From: Chiloscyllium plagiosum
Lineage: Eukaryota
Assembly (NCBI RefSeq): GCF_004010195.1
Contig: NC_057718.1
Coordinates: 64,300,744-64,364,598 of the forward strand
Reading direction: 5' to 3'
DNA: 63,855 nucleotides
Shown: positions 38,030 through 51,960 of the stretch, piece after piece
Layout of the letters: each line of letters begins with the position of its first letter
Numbering within the stretch: the stretch's first letter is position 1
The notes under the pieces: model-generated
What the model saw: only the letters and a program-made list of their open reading frames with translations
What the model was told of the DNA's origin: nothing
Databases searched by the model: none
Position numbers and translations under genes: made by a program

Positions 38030-40870
38030 TAGAGTCATAGAGATATACAGCACAAAAACAGACCCTTCACTCCATGTCAACCACATATCCTAAGAAAACT
38101 AGTCCTATTTGTCAGTATTTCGCCATTATACCTCTAAACCTTTCCTATGATTTTATAAACTTCTATAAAATCACTGCTTAGCCTTTGGCATTTCAGGGAA
38201 AAAAGCCCCTGACTATTTAGCCTCTCCCTATAGTTCAAACCCTCCAATCGCAGCACCATCCTTGTAAAACTTTTCTGCAGCCTTGTGACCATAATTCTAT
38301 TAGATCTAAAATAGTATTGAAAAAGATAGACCAGATCTAAAAGTTGAAGATCTAAATTGGAGAAAGGCCAATTTTGATGGTATTAGGCAAGAACTTTCAA
38401 AAGCTGATTGGGGGCAGATGTTCGCAGGTAAAGGGACGGCTGGAAAATGGGAAGCCTTCAGAAATGAGATATCAAGAATCCAAAGAAAGTATATTCCTGT
38501 TTGGGTAAAAGGAAAGGCTGGTAGGTATAGGGAATGCTGAATGATTAAAGAAATTGAGGGTTTGGTTAAGAAAAAGAAGGAAGCATATGTCAGGGATAGA
38601 CAGGATAGACCGAGTGAATCCTTAGAAGAGTATAAAGGAAGTAGGAGTATACTTAAGAGGGAAAAGAGGGAAACAAAAAGGGTACATTAAGGACAAAAGG
38701 GTAACTAGGGAGAGAATAGGGCCCCTCAAAGATCAGCAAGGCAGCCTTTGTGTGGAGCCGCAGAAAATGGGAGAGATACTAAATAAGTATTTTGCATCAG
38801 TACTTACTGTGAGAAAGGATATGGAAGATATAGAATATAAGAAAATACATGGTGACACCTTGAAAAATGTCCATATTACAGAGGAGGAAGTGCTGGATGT
38901 CTTGAAATGCATAAAGGTGGATAAATCCCCAGGACCTGATCAGGTGTACCAGAGAACTCTGTGGGAAGCGAGGGAAATGTTTGCTGGGCCTCTTGCTGAG
39001 ATATTTGTATCATCAATAGTCACAGGTAAGGTGCCGGAACTCTGGAGGTTGGCTAACGTGGTGCCACTGTTTAAGGAGGATGGTAAGGACAAGCCAGGGA
39101 ACTATAGACCAGTGAGCCTGACCTCGGTGGTGGCCAATTGTTGGTGGGAATCCTGAGGAACAGGATGTACATGTATTTGCAAATGCAAGTACTGATTCGG
39201 GATAGTCAACATGGCTTTGTGCATGGTAAATCATGTCTCACAAACTTGATTGAGTTTTTTGAAGAAGTAACAAGAGGATTAATGAGGGCACAGCGGCAGA
39301 TGTGATCTATATAGACTTCAGTAAGGCGTTCGATAAGGTTCCCCATGGGAGACTGGTTAGCATGGCTAGATCTCATGGAATACAGGGAGAACTAGCCATT
39401 TGGATACAGAACTGGCTCAAAGGTAGAAGACAGAGGATGGTGGTGAAGAGTTGTTTTTCAGACTGGAGGCCTGTGACCAGTGGAGTAACACAAGGATCGA
39501 TGCTGAGTCCTCTATTTTTCGTCATTTATATAAATGATTTGGATGTGAGCATAAGAGGTATGGTTAGTAAGTTTGCAGATGACACCAAAATTGGAGGTGT
39601 GGTGGACAGCGAAGAAGGTTACCTCAGGATCTTGATCAGATGGGCCAATAAGGTGAGAAGTGGCACATGGAGTTTAATTCAGATAATTGCGAGGTGCTGG
39701 ATTTTGGGAAAGCAAATCTTAGCAGGACTTAATGGTAAGGTCCGAGGGAGTGAAAACAGACTCTTCGGTCTAACCCATCCATGCCGACCAGATATCCCAA
39801 CCCAATCTAGTCCCTCCTGCCAGCACCCTGCCCATATCCCTCCAAATCGTTCATATTCATATACCCATCCAAATGCCTCTTAAATGTTGCAATTGTACCA
39901 GCTTCCACCACATCCTCTGGCAGCTCATTCCATACACGTACCACCCTCTGCGTGAAAATGTTGCCCCTTAGGTCTCTTTTATATCTTTTCCCTCTCACCC
40001 TTAACCTATCTCATTGAAAGTGGGGTCACAGGTAGATAAGATAGTGAAGAAGATGTTTCAATGCTTTCTGTTATTGTTCAGAATATTGATTACAGGAGTT
40101 GGAAGATCATGTTGCGGCTGTACAGGTCATTGGCTAGGCCACTGTTGGAATATTGTGTGCAATTCTGGTCTCCTTCCTATCAGAAAGATGTTGTGAAACT
40201 TGAAAGGGTTCAAAAAATATTTACAAGGATGTTGCAGGGTTGGAGGATTTGAGCTATAAGGAGATGCTGAACAGGCTGGGACGGTTTTCCCTGGAGTGTT
40301 GGAGGTTGAGGGGTGACCTTATGGAGGTTTATAAAATCATGAGGGGCACGGATAGGGTAAATAGACAAAGTCTTTTCTCTGGGTTGGGGGAGTCCAGAAC
40401 TTGAGGGCATAGGTTTAGGGTGAGAGGGGAAAGATATAAAAGAGACCCGAGAGGCAACTTTTTCACGCAGAGGGTGGTACATGTATGGAATGAGCTGCCA
40501 GAGGAAGTAGTGGAAGCTGGTACGATTACAACATTTAAAAGGCATCTGGATGGGTATATGAATAGGAAGGTGTTGGTGGGATATGGGCCGGATGCTGGCA
40601 GGTGGAACTAGATTAGGTTGAGATATGTGGTCGGCATGGATAGGTTGGACCGAAGAGTCTGTTTCCATGCTGTACATCTTTGTGACTCTATAAGTTTAAC
40701 AGCATCTTTTCTATACCAGGGATACCAGAATTGGACACGGTATTCTAAAAGTGGCCAAGCAATGTTGTGTATAGCCACAACATAATATCACAATTCCTAT
40801 ATTCAATGCACTGATGAGTGACCAATGAAGGCAAGTATGCCAAATGCCTGCTTCACCACCCTGTCTACTA
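38030..40870. mobile_element. Nested CR1 cluster: old minus copy (38030-38285 and 40693-40870) split by a plus copy (38285-40692) that contains an inverted CR1 3' piece (39750-40010)
   Basis: RT ORFs 38752-39156 and 39302-39883; flanking minus pieces are collinear. Confidence 0.85.
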
Positions 40871-42749
40871 TGCTGACTTTACTGTACCTGTACCTGAATG
40901 TAGAATTAAAGCAGAAAAATATCCCAGGCCAATATTTGATCATATTTAAGCACCCCCATCATATCGGCCCCTCTGCCTACTTTTTTCCAAGAGAGAAGAA
41001 CTAGCCCTTTCTTAATATGTGTACACAAGGTTTGCTGGCATCACCCTTGCAAATTTTCTCTGCATCCTTTCGTGCCCCAATTTTAAGAGTACAATTTGAG
41101 GTTTCTATGTAATAAGTATGATTTAACTAAGTATGTAAGAAATGGTGAGGTTTAGGGAGGGAATTTCAGAGCTTAGGACTTAGGCATTAAAAATAGCAAG
41201 AGTTAGAGCTTTGCATGAAGCTACTCAAGATTTGCATCCAATGGTTATTTTAAGGTTCTCGCCACTATTTAAGATAACAATTACACTCAGAGACTGACAT
41301 GCTACAAATTTCAATTGCAAGCCTCATATGTCGGCAAAACCAATTTTAGTTATCAAATCAAAGTGACATCAAGTATTACTGGTCAATGTTCAGCCACCAT
41401 TCCTGCTCCCATCCCCATCCCATGGGAGAGGGGGAATTCAGAAATGTCATTCCCATTTTTGAGTTTATGACAGAGAGAAGATCATTACTGAAGCAGCTGA
41501 AGATGGTTGGGCTGAGGACAATACATCACTGGTAAACCCCTGCTCAGATATCCTGGGGTGACATTATTGACTTCCAGCTTCCAAAACCATCTTTGTTTAT
41601 GCTTGATATAAATCCAGAGATTTTCCCACTATTCTGACTGACTCGTATTTCAAAGTTCCCTTGATACAAAGGCCAGTCACTGTCACCTCCCTGGAGTCAG
41701 CTCTTTTGTCCATATTTAGATTAAGAATGTAATGAGGTCACCTTGACTGTGATGAATTTCTTTACATAGTTGTCCAGCCAAGTTCTTTTACATATAGTAC
41801 CCAAAAGTTGGTTATTACATTAGCATATGGGGATGTTAATTTATTGTTGGAAAATCTGTGATTCAGTCAAGAGATATTCTGAATCTTCTAGCAGATGTCA
41901 GTGCTAAGCGCGGTGGTATCCATGGAGGGGGTGGAGTGCTGCAAAGGGTAAGACCTTAGAAAAATGTCTCATGCCATATGATGAGCACTCTGTCATTCAT
42001 GTAGCAAAGTTTTCAATACTCCCCAGATTTCGATGTATGTTTGAAACTGATAAGCAGTAAAAAAGAAAAATCTGCAAATTCAACAAAACTGCTGGCTGGT
42101 GTTAATCTGTATACACTGACATCAGCAAATCTATGAACAAAGAAAAGTGGATGCAGATAGCAAGAGAAACTGGCTGTCCCTGGCCTGTCAGCATGAGTAT
42201 CAAAGTATGAGAACTTGAAAATGTAAGAATATAATATATATTTTTCTCTGTTCTTAAGGGGATTTGTGCTTTTTAAATTATACTGTATGAACTATTATCA
42301 GGTCATTTCTTTTCCCACTGAAATTTAACTAAATGCATGTAAATACTTTATTTGTCTTTCAAAACACTCTGATTCACTATTAGATCACTGGCTTTAATTA
42401 ACAATAAAGCATGTTGTTAGTTTTCTGTATATTGGATCCAAGTGTTTCCGGCTGAACATAAATCGAACATTGGTAAACAGGGTCTCACAGTGTAAGTGTT
42501 CTTGATATCACTGTCAGTAGCACTTTTTTCATCACTTTGCTGATGATCAGTTGCAAACTGATGGGGCAATGGTTGGTCAGGTTGGACTGTCCTGCTTTTT
42601 GTGAACAGGACAATGAACAATGTTGCATATCGGTCAGTAGATGCCAGTGTTGTGGCTATATTTGAATAGCTTTGCGAGAGGGGTAATAAATCCTAAAGCA
42701 GAATTCTTTAGTACCACATTGTCACAGGCCACATCTTTTGCAGAAAGAC

Positions 42750-43650
42750 TCCTTTACACTTATATTCCATCTCCTTTGCAACAAAAAGTAGCATAGCATT
42801 TTACCTTTCTAATTTCTTGCTATACCTGCAATTTAACTTGCTGTGATTCATTTATAAGGCCACTCAAGGCCCTCTGAATATAAACATTTTTCAGTCACTG
42901 AGCATGAAAATCGATAACTTCAACTTATTTATCTCATCTACCATGTTCCTGCCCTTTCACTCAGTCTGTGTAACAACTTGCTGAACTCTCTTTGCATACA
43001 TTTTAAAAGATGATTACTTTGTGTCATCAGCAACCTTGTATACATTACACTCAGTTTCCTCATCAGTTGATATAGGTAATTTATATAAGTTATAAACAGC
43101 TATAAACAGCTGAGATCCAAGTACTGTTTTTTGCAGTATCCTGCTAGACATGGCTCCTAACCTGAGAAGGTCCAGGTCTTTTTCTTATTCTCTGCTTTCA
43201 GTCCATTTATAAATTTTCAATTCATGCTAATATATTACTCCTAATCCCCTGACTCCTAATTTTAAGGTAGCTTCTTGTGCAGCACCTTCGTGAAAGCTTT
43301 TGAAAATCCAGAAACACCACATTCCCTGGTTCCCTTTATCAAAAATCTATAATGGATTAGACAGATGTGACATTTCTTTTGTAGATCTATGCTGACTTTC
43401 TAGGTGCCCCATTCCACGTAATAATTTCCCTCAAGTTGCCCGCTGCTGATGCTAGGCTAAATGGCTTAGAATTCCTGGTTTTCTCTCCTTTTATTTAAAA
43501 AAATAGCAGGGTTAAGTTTGCTAACTACTATCATTGGGAATAGAATCTAAGACATTCTGTCTTCATTATCTCTGCATCTACCTTCTTTAAGATCTTAAGC
43601 TGAAGGATATCAGGTTTAGGGGATGTGCCACCACAAAATCTCGTGAATTG
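42750..43650 (-). mobile_element. Highly degenerate CR1 RT remnant
   Basis: Antisense gtgtcatcagcaacc (xADDT) and DFQKLS-like remnants. Confidence 0.55.
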
Positions 43651-45069
43651 CTCCAGTAACCTTTCTTATATTGATTTTGTTAAAGTTTTTTCACTTATCT
43701 TATTGTAGACGCAAGAGGAATGGGAATAGTTCTCCTGTTTCCACAGGTTGCTGCTACCTGCTACCTACACCAGATTGTGTTCTCGCTCTCTTGGACTGTG
43801 ATCTATGTCTAAGACATCTGACCTTGCTGCCCACTGTGACTGGCAAACTGACTCTGAGAACATACATTTCCAAACCATCAATTCTCATGTTTGCACCATA
43901 AAAAGCCCAAGATCCAACCTGCATCAAAGTGTGAAGGACAATAAGATCTGAAATTGCAGTTTTGATTCTATCTTCAACAAATGTTGCCCGACCTTTAGTT
44001 TATTTGTTTATGGAAAATGGCATCACTGGCTAATCCAGAATTAATTGCCCTACCATAATTGCCTTTGAAAAGGTAATGGTGCCTTCTTGACTGTTGCAGT
44101 GCTATTGAGCATTTCAGTTCAGAATTATCTACCTCTTTTTTTGCCCATGGTAATTCTATCCCTTTACCAAGTTGTGCCAGTATGCTGTCGTTAGACGGAA
44201 CCATTTTCTAAAACTGAAAGTAATTTTATTCCTATGTCACCTGCAGTCAAGAGTGTAATGAATCCATGGTTAAAACTCCAAAGCCAAACAAAAGAAAAGC
44301 TTAATTTGAAGTATTTAAATTCATTACTGAAAAATAATCCAACACTTTGTACTAATTTGTGACAGTTAGTTAAGGGGCACAAGTTCAAACAGGCAAACTG
44401 TAAGTTTTGCACTGATTTAAGGAAGTTCTTCAAGTAATGATGTAATGTAGCCGCAAGTTTTAAATTAAGAAATAGTTGTGCTGAAGGACTATAGGTTTTT
44501 CTGTATGGCTCGAGCACTCATTGATTTTTCATTACTGTTATTTTATCCTTTTATTAATTTTGGTTTGCAGCAATGAATTGGGAATTTAACCTAAAGATGA
44601 CTTTTGGACTGTGGGTAACAGGTTATTTTGAAAGGAAAACTAGACCAAACAACCTTTCGTTTATCCATGAGGCCAGACCTGAAAGTTAGTTGCAGGTTTG
44701 TACCTGATCAAAAGGTTCTGTAGATGCTTCATCATCAGGGGAGAGCCTTGTGTTTCAACAGATAATAGAATTTAGCTCGTTACAAGGACAGTACTTGGGA
44801 AATCTGTAAAATTCCTTATGCTCAAGCAGATGGCAAATGATGAATAATAACTGGGATTTCATGGAGGAGATGATCAGTCTGTAAAGCAGAGATTGGATTT
44901 GGACTGTGTTTTCTGTTAAAAAAAATGAATCTGGTTGTTGATGTTACAGCTTTAAGATTTGAAAGTTTCTTACCTAACCTCCCACAAAAAACTTTTGGAA
45001 ATTCAGAGAATAGAAAACTAAGTTGCAGATATTATTGTCTTTATCTGAGTGAAATGTAAAGTGACCCTG

Positions 45070-46895
45070 ATCAACACACAGCATTGAAACAGGCCCTTTG
45101 GCCCAAGCTGTTCCATGCCGACAATGTGCCAACTCAGTTAGTTCCAATTGCCTGCATTTGGTCAATATCCCTCTAAATGCTTCCTAAACAAGTACCTATC
45201 CAAATGTTTTTAAAACGCTGCTATTGTACTTGCCTCAACCACTTTTTCTGGCAGCCCGTTCCATATACGTATCACTCTCTGCTTGAAGAAGTTGCCCCTC
45301 AGGTCCTTCTTAAGTAGTTCCCCTTTCAGCTTAAATTTATGGCCTCTAGTTTTCAATCCCCCATCCATTCATCCTATCTATGTCCTGCATGATTTTACAG
45401 ACTTCAATAAGGTCATCCTTCTTTCTCCTACATTCCAAGGAATAAAGTTTTATCCTGGCCAACCTCTCCCTATAAACTCAGACCTACTAGTCCTGGCAAT
45501 ATCCTCATCAATCTTCTTTGCACTCTTTCCAGTTTAACTATGTCTTCCCTATAACAGGGTGACCAAAACTGTACACAATACTTCAAGTGTGGCCTTACCA
45601 ATGACTTATACAACTGTAACATAATGTCCCAACTCCTATACTCAATGTCTTGACTGATGAAGGCTAGCATGCTCAAATGCCTTCTTTACCACTCTGACTA
45701 TCTGTGACACCTATTTCAAAGAACTGTGTACTTGTACTCCTCAGGACCTTACCATTTACTGTATAAGTCCTACCTTGGTTTGACTTTCCAAAGTGCAACA
45801 TCTCACACTTATCATTTGAATTGCATTTGCCAATCCTCAGCCCATTTCCCCATCTGATCAAGGTCCCTCTGTAATTTTTAATAACCTTCCTCACTATCAA
45901 CAATACCTCCTAATTTTGTATCATCCGCAAAATTACTAAGCATGCCTTGTACATTCACATCCAGATCGTTTATGTAAATTACAAATAACAAAGATCCCAG
46001 CACCAACCCCTGCAGACCACTAATCACAGGCCTCCAGTCTGAGAAATAACCTTCAATTATCATGAACCAATTTTGAATCCAATTAGCTAGTCCTCCCTGG
46101 ATCCCATGTGACCTAACCTTCATGACTAGCCTGCCATGCGGGACCTTGTCAAAGGTCTTACTAATGTCTATTTGAGAAGATCCACTGCCCTACCCTCATC
46201 TATCTCTTGGTTACCTCTTCATAAAATTCCAAAAGTTTTGTCAGACTTGATTTCCAGCACACAAATCCATCCTGACTATCCTTAATCAGATCTTGACTCT
46301 CCAAAGGTTGTTTGATCTTGTCCCTCAGTATCCTGTCCAACAACTTGCCTCCCACTGATGTCAGGCTCACTGGCCTACAGTTCCTTGGCTTGACTTTGCT
46401 ACCTTTCTTAAAAAATAGAACAACATTAGCCACCCTCCAGTCTTCTGGAACTTCACCAGTGGCTAAACATGAAGCAAAAATCTCTGCAAGGGCCTCTGCA
46501 ATTCTTTCCCTAGCCTCCCACAATGTCTGAGGATGGACTTGATCAGGCCCATGGGATTTATCCACCTTAATCCACTTTAAGCCTGCAAACCTCCTCTCGG
46601 TAATATGCATGCGGTCCAAAACATCCCCAGTTGTTTCCCTTATTTCCTTAGCTTCCATGATTCACTCCTCAGTAAACACTGAGGAGAAACATTCATTAAA
46701 AATCTCCCCCATCTCCTCGACCTCCACACATAGACGGCCATGCTGATCTTTAAGAGGACCTAATCTCTCCCTCGCTATCTTTTAACTCTTAATATAGTTA
46801 TAGAACCTCTTGGGATTATCTTTAACCTTATCTGTCAGATCCATCTCATACCCTCTTTTTGTTCTTCTGATTTCCCTCTTAAGTGTGCTCCCACA
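45070..46895 (-). mobile_element. CR1 LINE, 5'-truncated
   Basis: RNCRPVSLTSV, NFADDTKLGG, YCVQFWSP motifs. Confidence 0.9.
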
Positions 46896-47659
46896 CCAGA
46901 CAGTATGGAACCAGATCCTTCGGCTCAACTCATCCATGCTGACCAGGTTTCCAAAACTGAACTAGTTCCATTTGCCTGTGTTGGCCCATATCCCTCTACA
47001 CCTTTCCCATCCAAGTACTTATCCAAATTATTTTTTAAATATGGTAATTGTATTTCTCTCTACCACTTCCTCTGGCAACTCATTCCATATATGCACCACC
47101 CTCTGTGTGTAAACGTTGTCCCTCAGGTACCTTTTAAATCTTTCTCCTCTCATGTCAAACCTATGCCCTCTAGTTTTGAACTGCCTTGCCCCATGGAAAA
47201 GACCTTTACTATTTACCTTGTCTATGTCTGTCATGATTTTCTAAATCTCTATATAGTCACTCCTTGGCCTCTGATGCTCCAGGGAAAAATGTCTCAAATT
47301 ATCCGGCATTTCCTTGTAACTCAAATCCTCAGTCTTGGGAATATCCTTGTAAATCCTTTTTACACAATTTCCAGTCGAATAACATCCTTCCCATAGCAGG
47401 GTGACCAAAATTGTATGTACTGTTCCACATGTGGCCTTATCAATGTTATACCCAACTGTTTCATGACATCCCAACTCCTGTCTTCAGTGCTCAGATTGAT
47501 GAAGGCAAGGGTATCAAACATCTTCTTCACCACCCTGTATACCTGCAAGGTCACTTTCAAGGAACTATGTACCTGCACCCTAGGTTTCTCTGTTTGACAG
47601 CACTCCCCCGGATCCTACTATTAACTGTGTAAGTCCTGCTGTGGTTTATCTTCTGAAAA

Positions 47660-48210
47660 TGCCCGCAAACCCACCAAGCACTAAAACAGCAGCTAGTGAA
47701 CTTGAAAGACCGTATACAGACAACTAGCAAAACAAATGTCATTTACAAAATACCGTGCAAGGACTGTAACAAACACTATATTGGACAAACAGGCAGAAAA
47801 CTAGCCACCAGGATACATGAACACCAACTAGCCATACAAAGACATGACCCTCTCTCACTAGTATCCTTACATAAGGATGAGGAAGGACACCATTTCAACT
47901 GGGACAACACATCCATCCTAGGACAAGCCAAACAAAGACATGCATGAGAATTCCTAGAGGCATGGTACTCCAACTGGAACTGTATCATCTAACACATTGA
48001 GTTAGACCCCATCTACCACCCCCTGAGAAAAAGAACAGGAAGTGACATCACCACAAGAAATGAGATAATCAACCTAAAGAAACCCAAACATATAAATAGA
48101 AAGCAGGAATTATTAGCAGTGCTTTGCCTGAGGGCCACTGAAGATGTTACCTAGTAGGGTAACGAAACATCTGGTGATGAACTTTCCAGCTCAGCGAGCA
48201 AACCTACATC
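47660..48210 (+). mobile_element. PLE 3' fragment (GIY-YIG plus pLTR)
   Basis: SKTNVIYKIPCKDCNKHYIGQTGRKLATRIHEH. Confidence 0.9.
48135..48174 (+). ncRNA. Minimal hammerhead ribozyme motif
   Basis: CCA CTGAAGA T GTTACC-TAGTAG-GGTAAC GAAAC ATC TGG: perfect 6-bp stem II and 3-bp stem I; AUC triplet. Confidence 0.7.
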
Positions 48211-49942
48211 TTAGATTACCTTTTTCACTGTCCACTGTACCACCAATTTTAGTGTCATCTGCAAACTTACTAACCATGCCTCCTATATTCTCATCCAAAT
48301 CGTTTATATAATTGACAAAAACACAAGTGGATCCAGCAGTGAATCATGCGTACACTGCCAATCACAGGCCTCCAGTCTGTACACAACCTTCTTACGACCA
48401 CCTTCTATCTTCACCTTCAAGCCAATGTTATATCAAATTGGCTAGATCCCATGTGATCTAACCTTAGTAACCAGTCTACCATGCGGAAACTTGTTGAATA
48501 CCTTGCTAAAGTCCATGTGGACAACATCTACTGCTCAGCCTTCATTGAACCTCTGGGTCACGTCTTCAAAACACTCAATCAAGTTTGCGAGACACAATTT
48601 CCCCCACACAAAGCCATGTTGACTATCCTTAATCAGTCCTTGTCTTTCCAAATGAATGTAGATCCTGTCTCTCAGAATTCCCTCCAACAACTTACCCACT
48701 GCTGAGGTCAGGTTCACTGGTCTGTAGTTCCTTACAGTCTTTCTTAAATAATGAAACAACTTTAGGCACCTTCCAGTCTTCCGACACCTCACCCTTGGCT
48801 GTCAATGATACAAATATCTCTATCAGGGGCCCCCACAATTTCTTTCCTCGCTTCCCACAATGTCCTGGGATAAACCTGATCAGGTCCTGGGAATTTATCT
48901 ACCTTTATGCATTTTAAGACCTCCAGCACCACCTCTTCAATAATGTGGACTTTTTTAAAGCAATCAATATTTATTTCCTCAAGTTCTCTAGGTTCCGTGC
49001 CTTTCCACAGTAAATACTGATGCAAAATATTCATTTAGGACATCACCCATCTCCTGCCGTTCCACACACAAAAAGATGGCCTTGTTGATCTTTAATGGGC
49101 CGTATTTTCTTCCCAATTACTTTTTGCCAATAATATACTTGTAGAATCTCTTTGGGTATTCTTTAACCTTATCTGCCAAAATTATCTCATGTCTCCTTCT
49201 TGCCTTCCTGATTTCCCTCTTAATTGTACTCCTACACCCTTTATACTCTTCAAGGGATTCACTTGATTCCAGTGGTCTATACTTGACATATACCTCCTTT
49301 TTCTTGACCGGAGCCTCAATATCTCTAGTCATCCAGCCTTCCCCACTCCTGCCAGCCTTCCCCTTCACACTAACAGAAACATGTTGTTCCTGAACTCTTG
49401 TAATCTCGCTTTTGAAAACTTCCCACTTGCCAGAGATCCCTCTCCCAATTGAACAGCCTCTCCCAATCAACATTTGAAAGTTCCTGTCTAATACCATCAA
49501 AATTAACTTTGCCCTAATTTAGAACTTAAACTATAACTATTTTCACTGGAATTATGGTCACTGGTCCCAAAGTGTTCCCCACTAACATACCGATAACTTG
49601 TCCACCCGAGTTGAACACCAGCTCCTCCAAATCACCTCTTGTCTCATTACTGTTTAAGGTCCCACCTCACTGCCAGACTAGTTTAAACCCTTCTGAGTAG
49701 CTCTACGAAATCTCCCCGCTGGGATATTGGTTCCCCCTTCAGTTCAGGTGCAACTCATCCCTCACCTTCAGAAAATCAACAAAGAAACTATTAAAATTAT
49801 GGAAACTATACCTGTGGAACAATACATTTTGTTATTCTCTTTCACATATCCCTGTATTTGTTGACTGGGGGCACATTTTTAAGATAAGAGGAGAGGAGAT
49901 TTAAAACAGACATAAGAGGCAAATGTTTTATACAGAGAGTGG

Positions 49943-50447
49943 GCCCCCACCCCCTGTCCCCTGCCCCTGCCCCCTGTTGCATACCAACAACAAGGCTACT
50001 GCTGCCTTTGGGGGTGAGTTTCTAAATAGTGCGCGCACGTACACACACACACACACATACAACACATACACACACACACACACACACACTTTTTACTGCA
50101 GCTTTTTGACAGGTTCCACCTTTGTCCTGTACAGGACAATGTTGGAGAGATTATCTGGGGAAGTGGGGGTTTCGGGTGCACCCCTGTGTAGAGCTCCAGG
50201 GAAATTGTTGGGGGAGAAAGAGAGGATGGGAGGTCAATCATTTGGAGACAATACCTGGGCTCCTATTGATGTCCAGGACTCAGCAGCACTTCAGTAAGCC
50301 GAGTTCACTTTAATCACTGTAAATAAAGTACACGATAAGTGTTGGAAACATGTCTTTGATGTAATATTTCTATCGGGACCTCGAGATCTCCTTCAGATAA
50401 TCTGATATTCAGATATTTGATATTCGGATAACTAAGGTCCCTCTGTA
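49943..50447. mobile_element. Right end of a Tigger/pogo-like non-autonomous DNA transposon
   Basis: Ends ..ttcggataactaaggtccctctg-TA with repeated gataatc/gatatt subterminal motifs; contains a CA tract. Confidence 0.5.
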
Positions 50448-50599
50448 ATACAATAAATTTAACACTTTAAGGCTGAATTATGATACTGTATTAAGACAGG
50501 GGCTGAGGGTCATTATCAGCATCATCATTATTTTCTGGGTGAAGGGTTATGGCAAAGGAAAATGTTTAGTCCAGGAGTGGATGGTGTGGTTCATTGTCC

Positions 50600-51445
50600 G
50601 CAGACTGTGTCTTCAGGGTTGGCTTAAAAAATGTATCTAGGTTTTGCTGCTTTGCCATCTTTCTTCTTTCATGAAGAAGCTGTTCATAGGGTGCCAGCTA
50701 AGACTTTATAACCACAAACTGCTGTTCTGATGCAATCTGCATTATAGTCATTGTCTTCTAAGAGCTGCAACTGCTTCTCAACTTCCCTCAGGACAGCAGA
50801 CAAAAAAGAAGTGGAAAGTTCTTGTAGTGCTGCATCCTGGACTTCAACATCTTCATCTTGAGTTCAATTTCCCCGCATCAACAATTTGTTGTAGATCAAT
50901 CTTCACTTCTTCAAATCCAACTTGCTTTGCAAGAGTGACACAATGTTCTTTGATTGCTGGAAGCTCCTCTGATGGTTCAACGCCTTTAAAATCATGAAGA
51001 AAATGTGAGAGAAGCAGTCCTAACTGACATCACCCCAGGCCTCCACAATGATGTCAATAGCATTCTTAATGATAAAGCTCTTCCAAAATTGAAGAACATT
51101 GTCCTCATTATCCCCCTCAGTATCTGCAATCAGCTTCACGATTGTGTGCCTTAAATGATAAGCTTTAAAAGCTGCTATTGTGCACTGGTCCATGGGTCAA
51201 ATTAGGGAGGTTGCGCTTGGAGGTAGAAATAGCACTTTGATGTTTTCAGAAAGCTTACCAGTGGTGGGAGGACAGCTTGGTGCATTGTCCAGAATGAGGA
51301 GAATCTTGAAATCCAAGTCTTTTCTTCTGCAATAATTTCTAAAAATATTCTTGAAAACATCAACAATAAGGTCAGAAACAATTTGCCCTGTCATCCAATC
51401 TCTTTTGCTTGACCTGAAATAAACACCTGGACTTAACATAACCGG
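50600..51445 (-). mobile_element. Tigger/pogo-type DDE transposase remnant
   Basis: YFRSSKRDWMT..KILLILDNAPSCP..IKVLFLPPSATSLI*PMDQCTIAAFKAY, typical DDE_1 motifs with an in-frame stop. Confidence 0.88.
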
Positions 51446-51604
51446 GCATAGAATCGAGTAATAGCCAATGGGAGTTTGCATTTTTTAAAAAATCATTCCC
51501 CAATTCACCAATGATGTTATAGCCAGTGTTGAGGGAACGTGTGTTATGGAAGAATGACCAGTACTCTAGTTGAGGTTTATAGATGTTCCTAATAACTTTC
51601 TTGT

Positions 51605-51960
51605 ATCATTAGAATCATAGAATCCCCACAGTGTGGAAAGAAGTCATTCAGCCTATTGACTCTGCACTGATTCCACCCCCCACCCCCCATAAAAAGCATC
51701 CCACCCAGACCCAACCCTCTCCCTAGTTGCATAACCCCATGTTTACCATTGCTAATCTACCTAGCCTGGATATCCCTGGACATTATGGGACAATTATAGC
51801 CAGTTCACCTAACTTGCACGTCTTTTGACTGCAGGAAGAAACCAGAGCACCTGGAGGAAACGCACGCAGATACAGGAAGAACGCGCAAACTCCACACAGA
51901 CAGTCACCCAAGGCTAGAATTGAACACAGGTTCCTGGCACTATCAGGCAGCAGTATTGTG
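51605..51960 (-). mobile_element. HE1-like V-SINE
   Basis: tRNA-like head, V-domain (tgtgtggagtttgc..ttctt..gtgcaagttagg) and CR1-type gattctatgattcta tail. Confidence 0.8.

Larger units (their letters stand above)
46895..49760 (-). mobile_element. CR1 LINE interrupted by a PLE at 47660-48210
   Basis: Linker/RT remnants on both sides of the insert. Confidence 0.88.
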
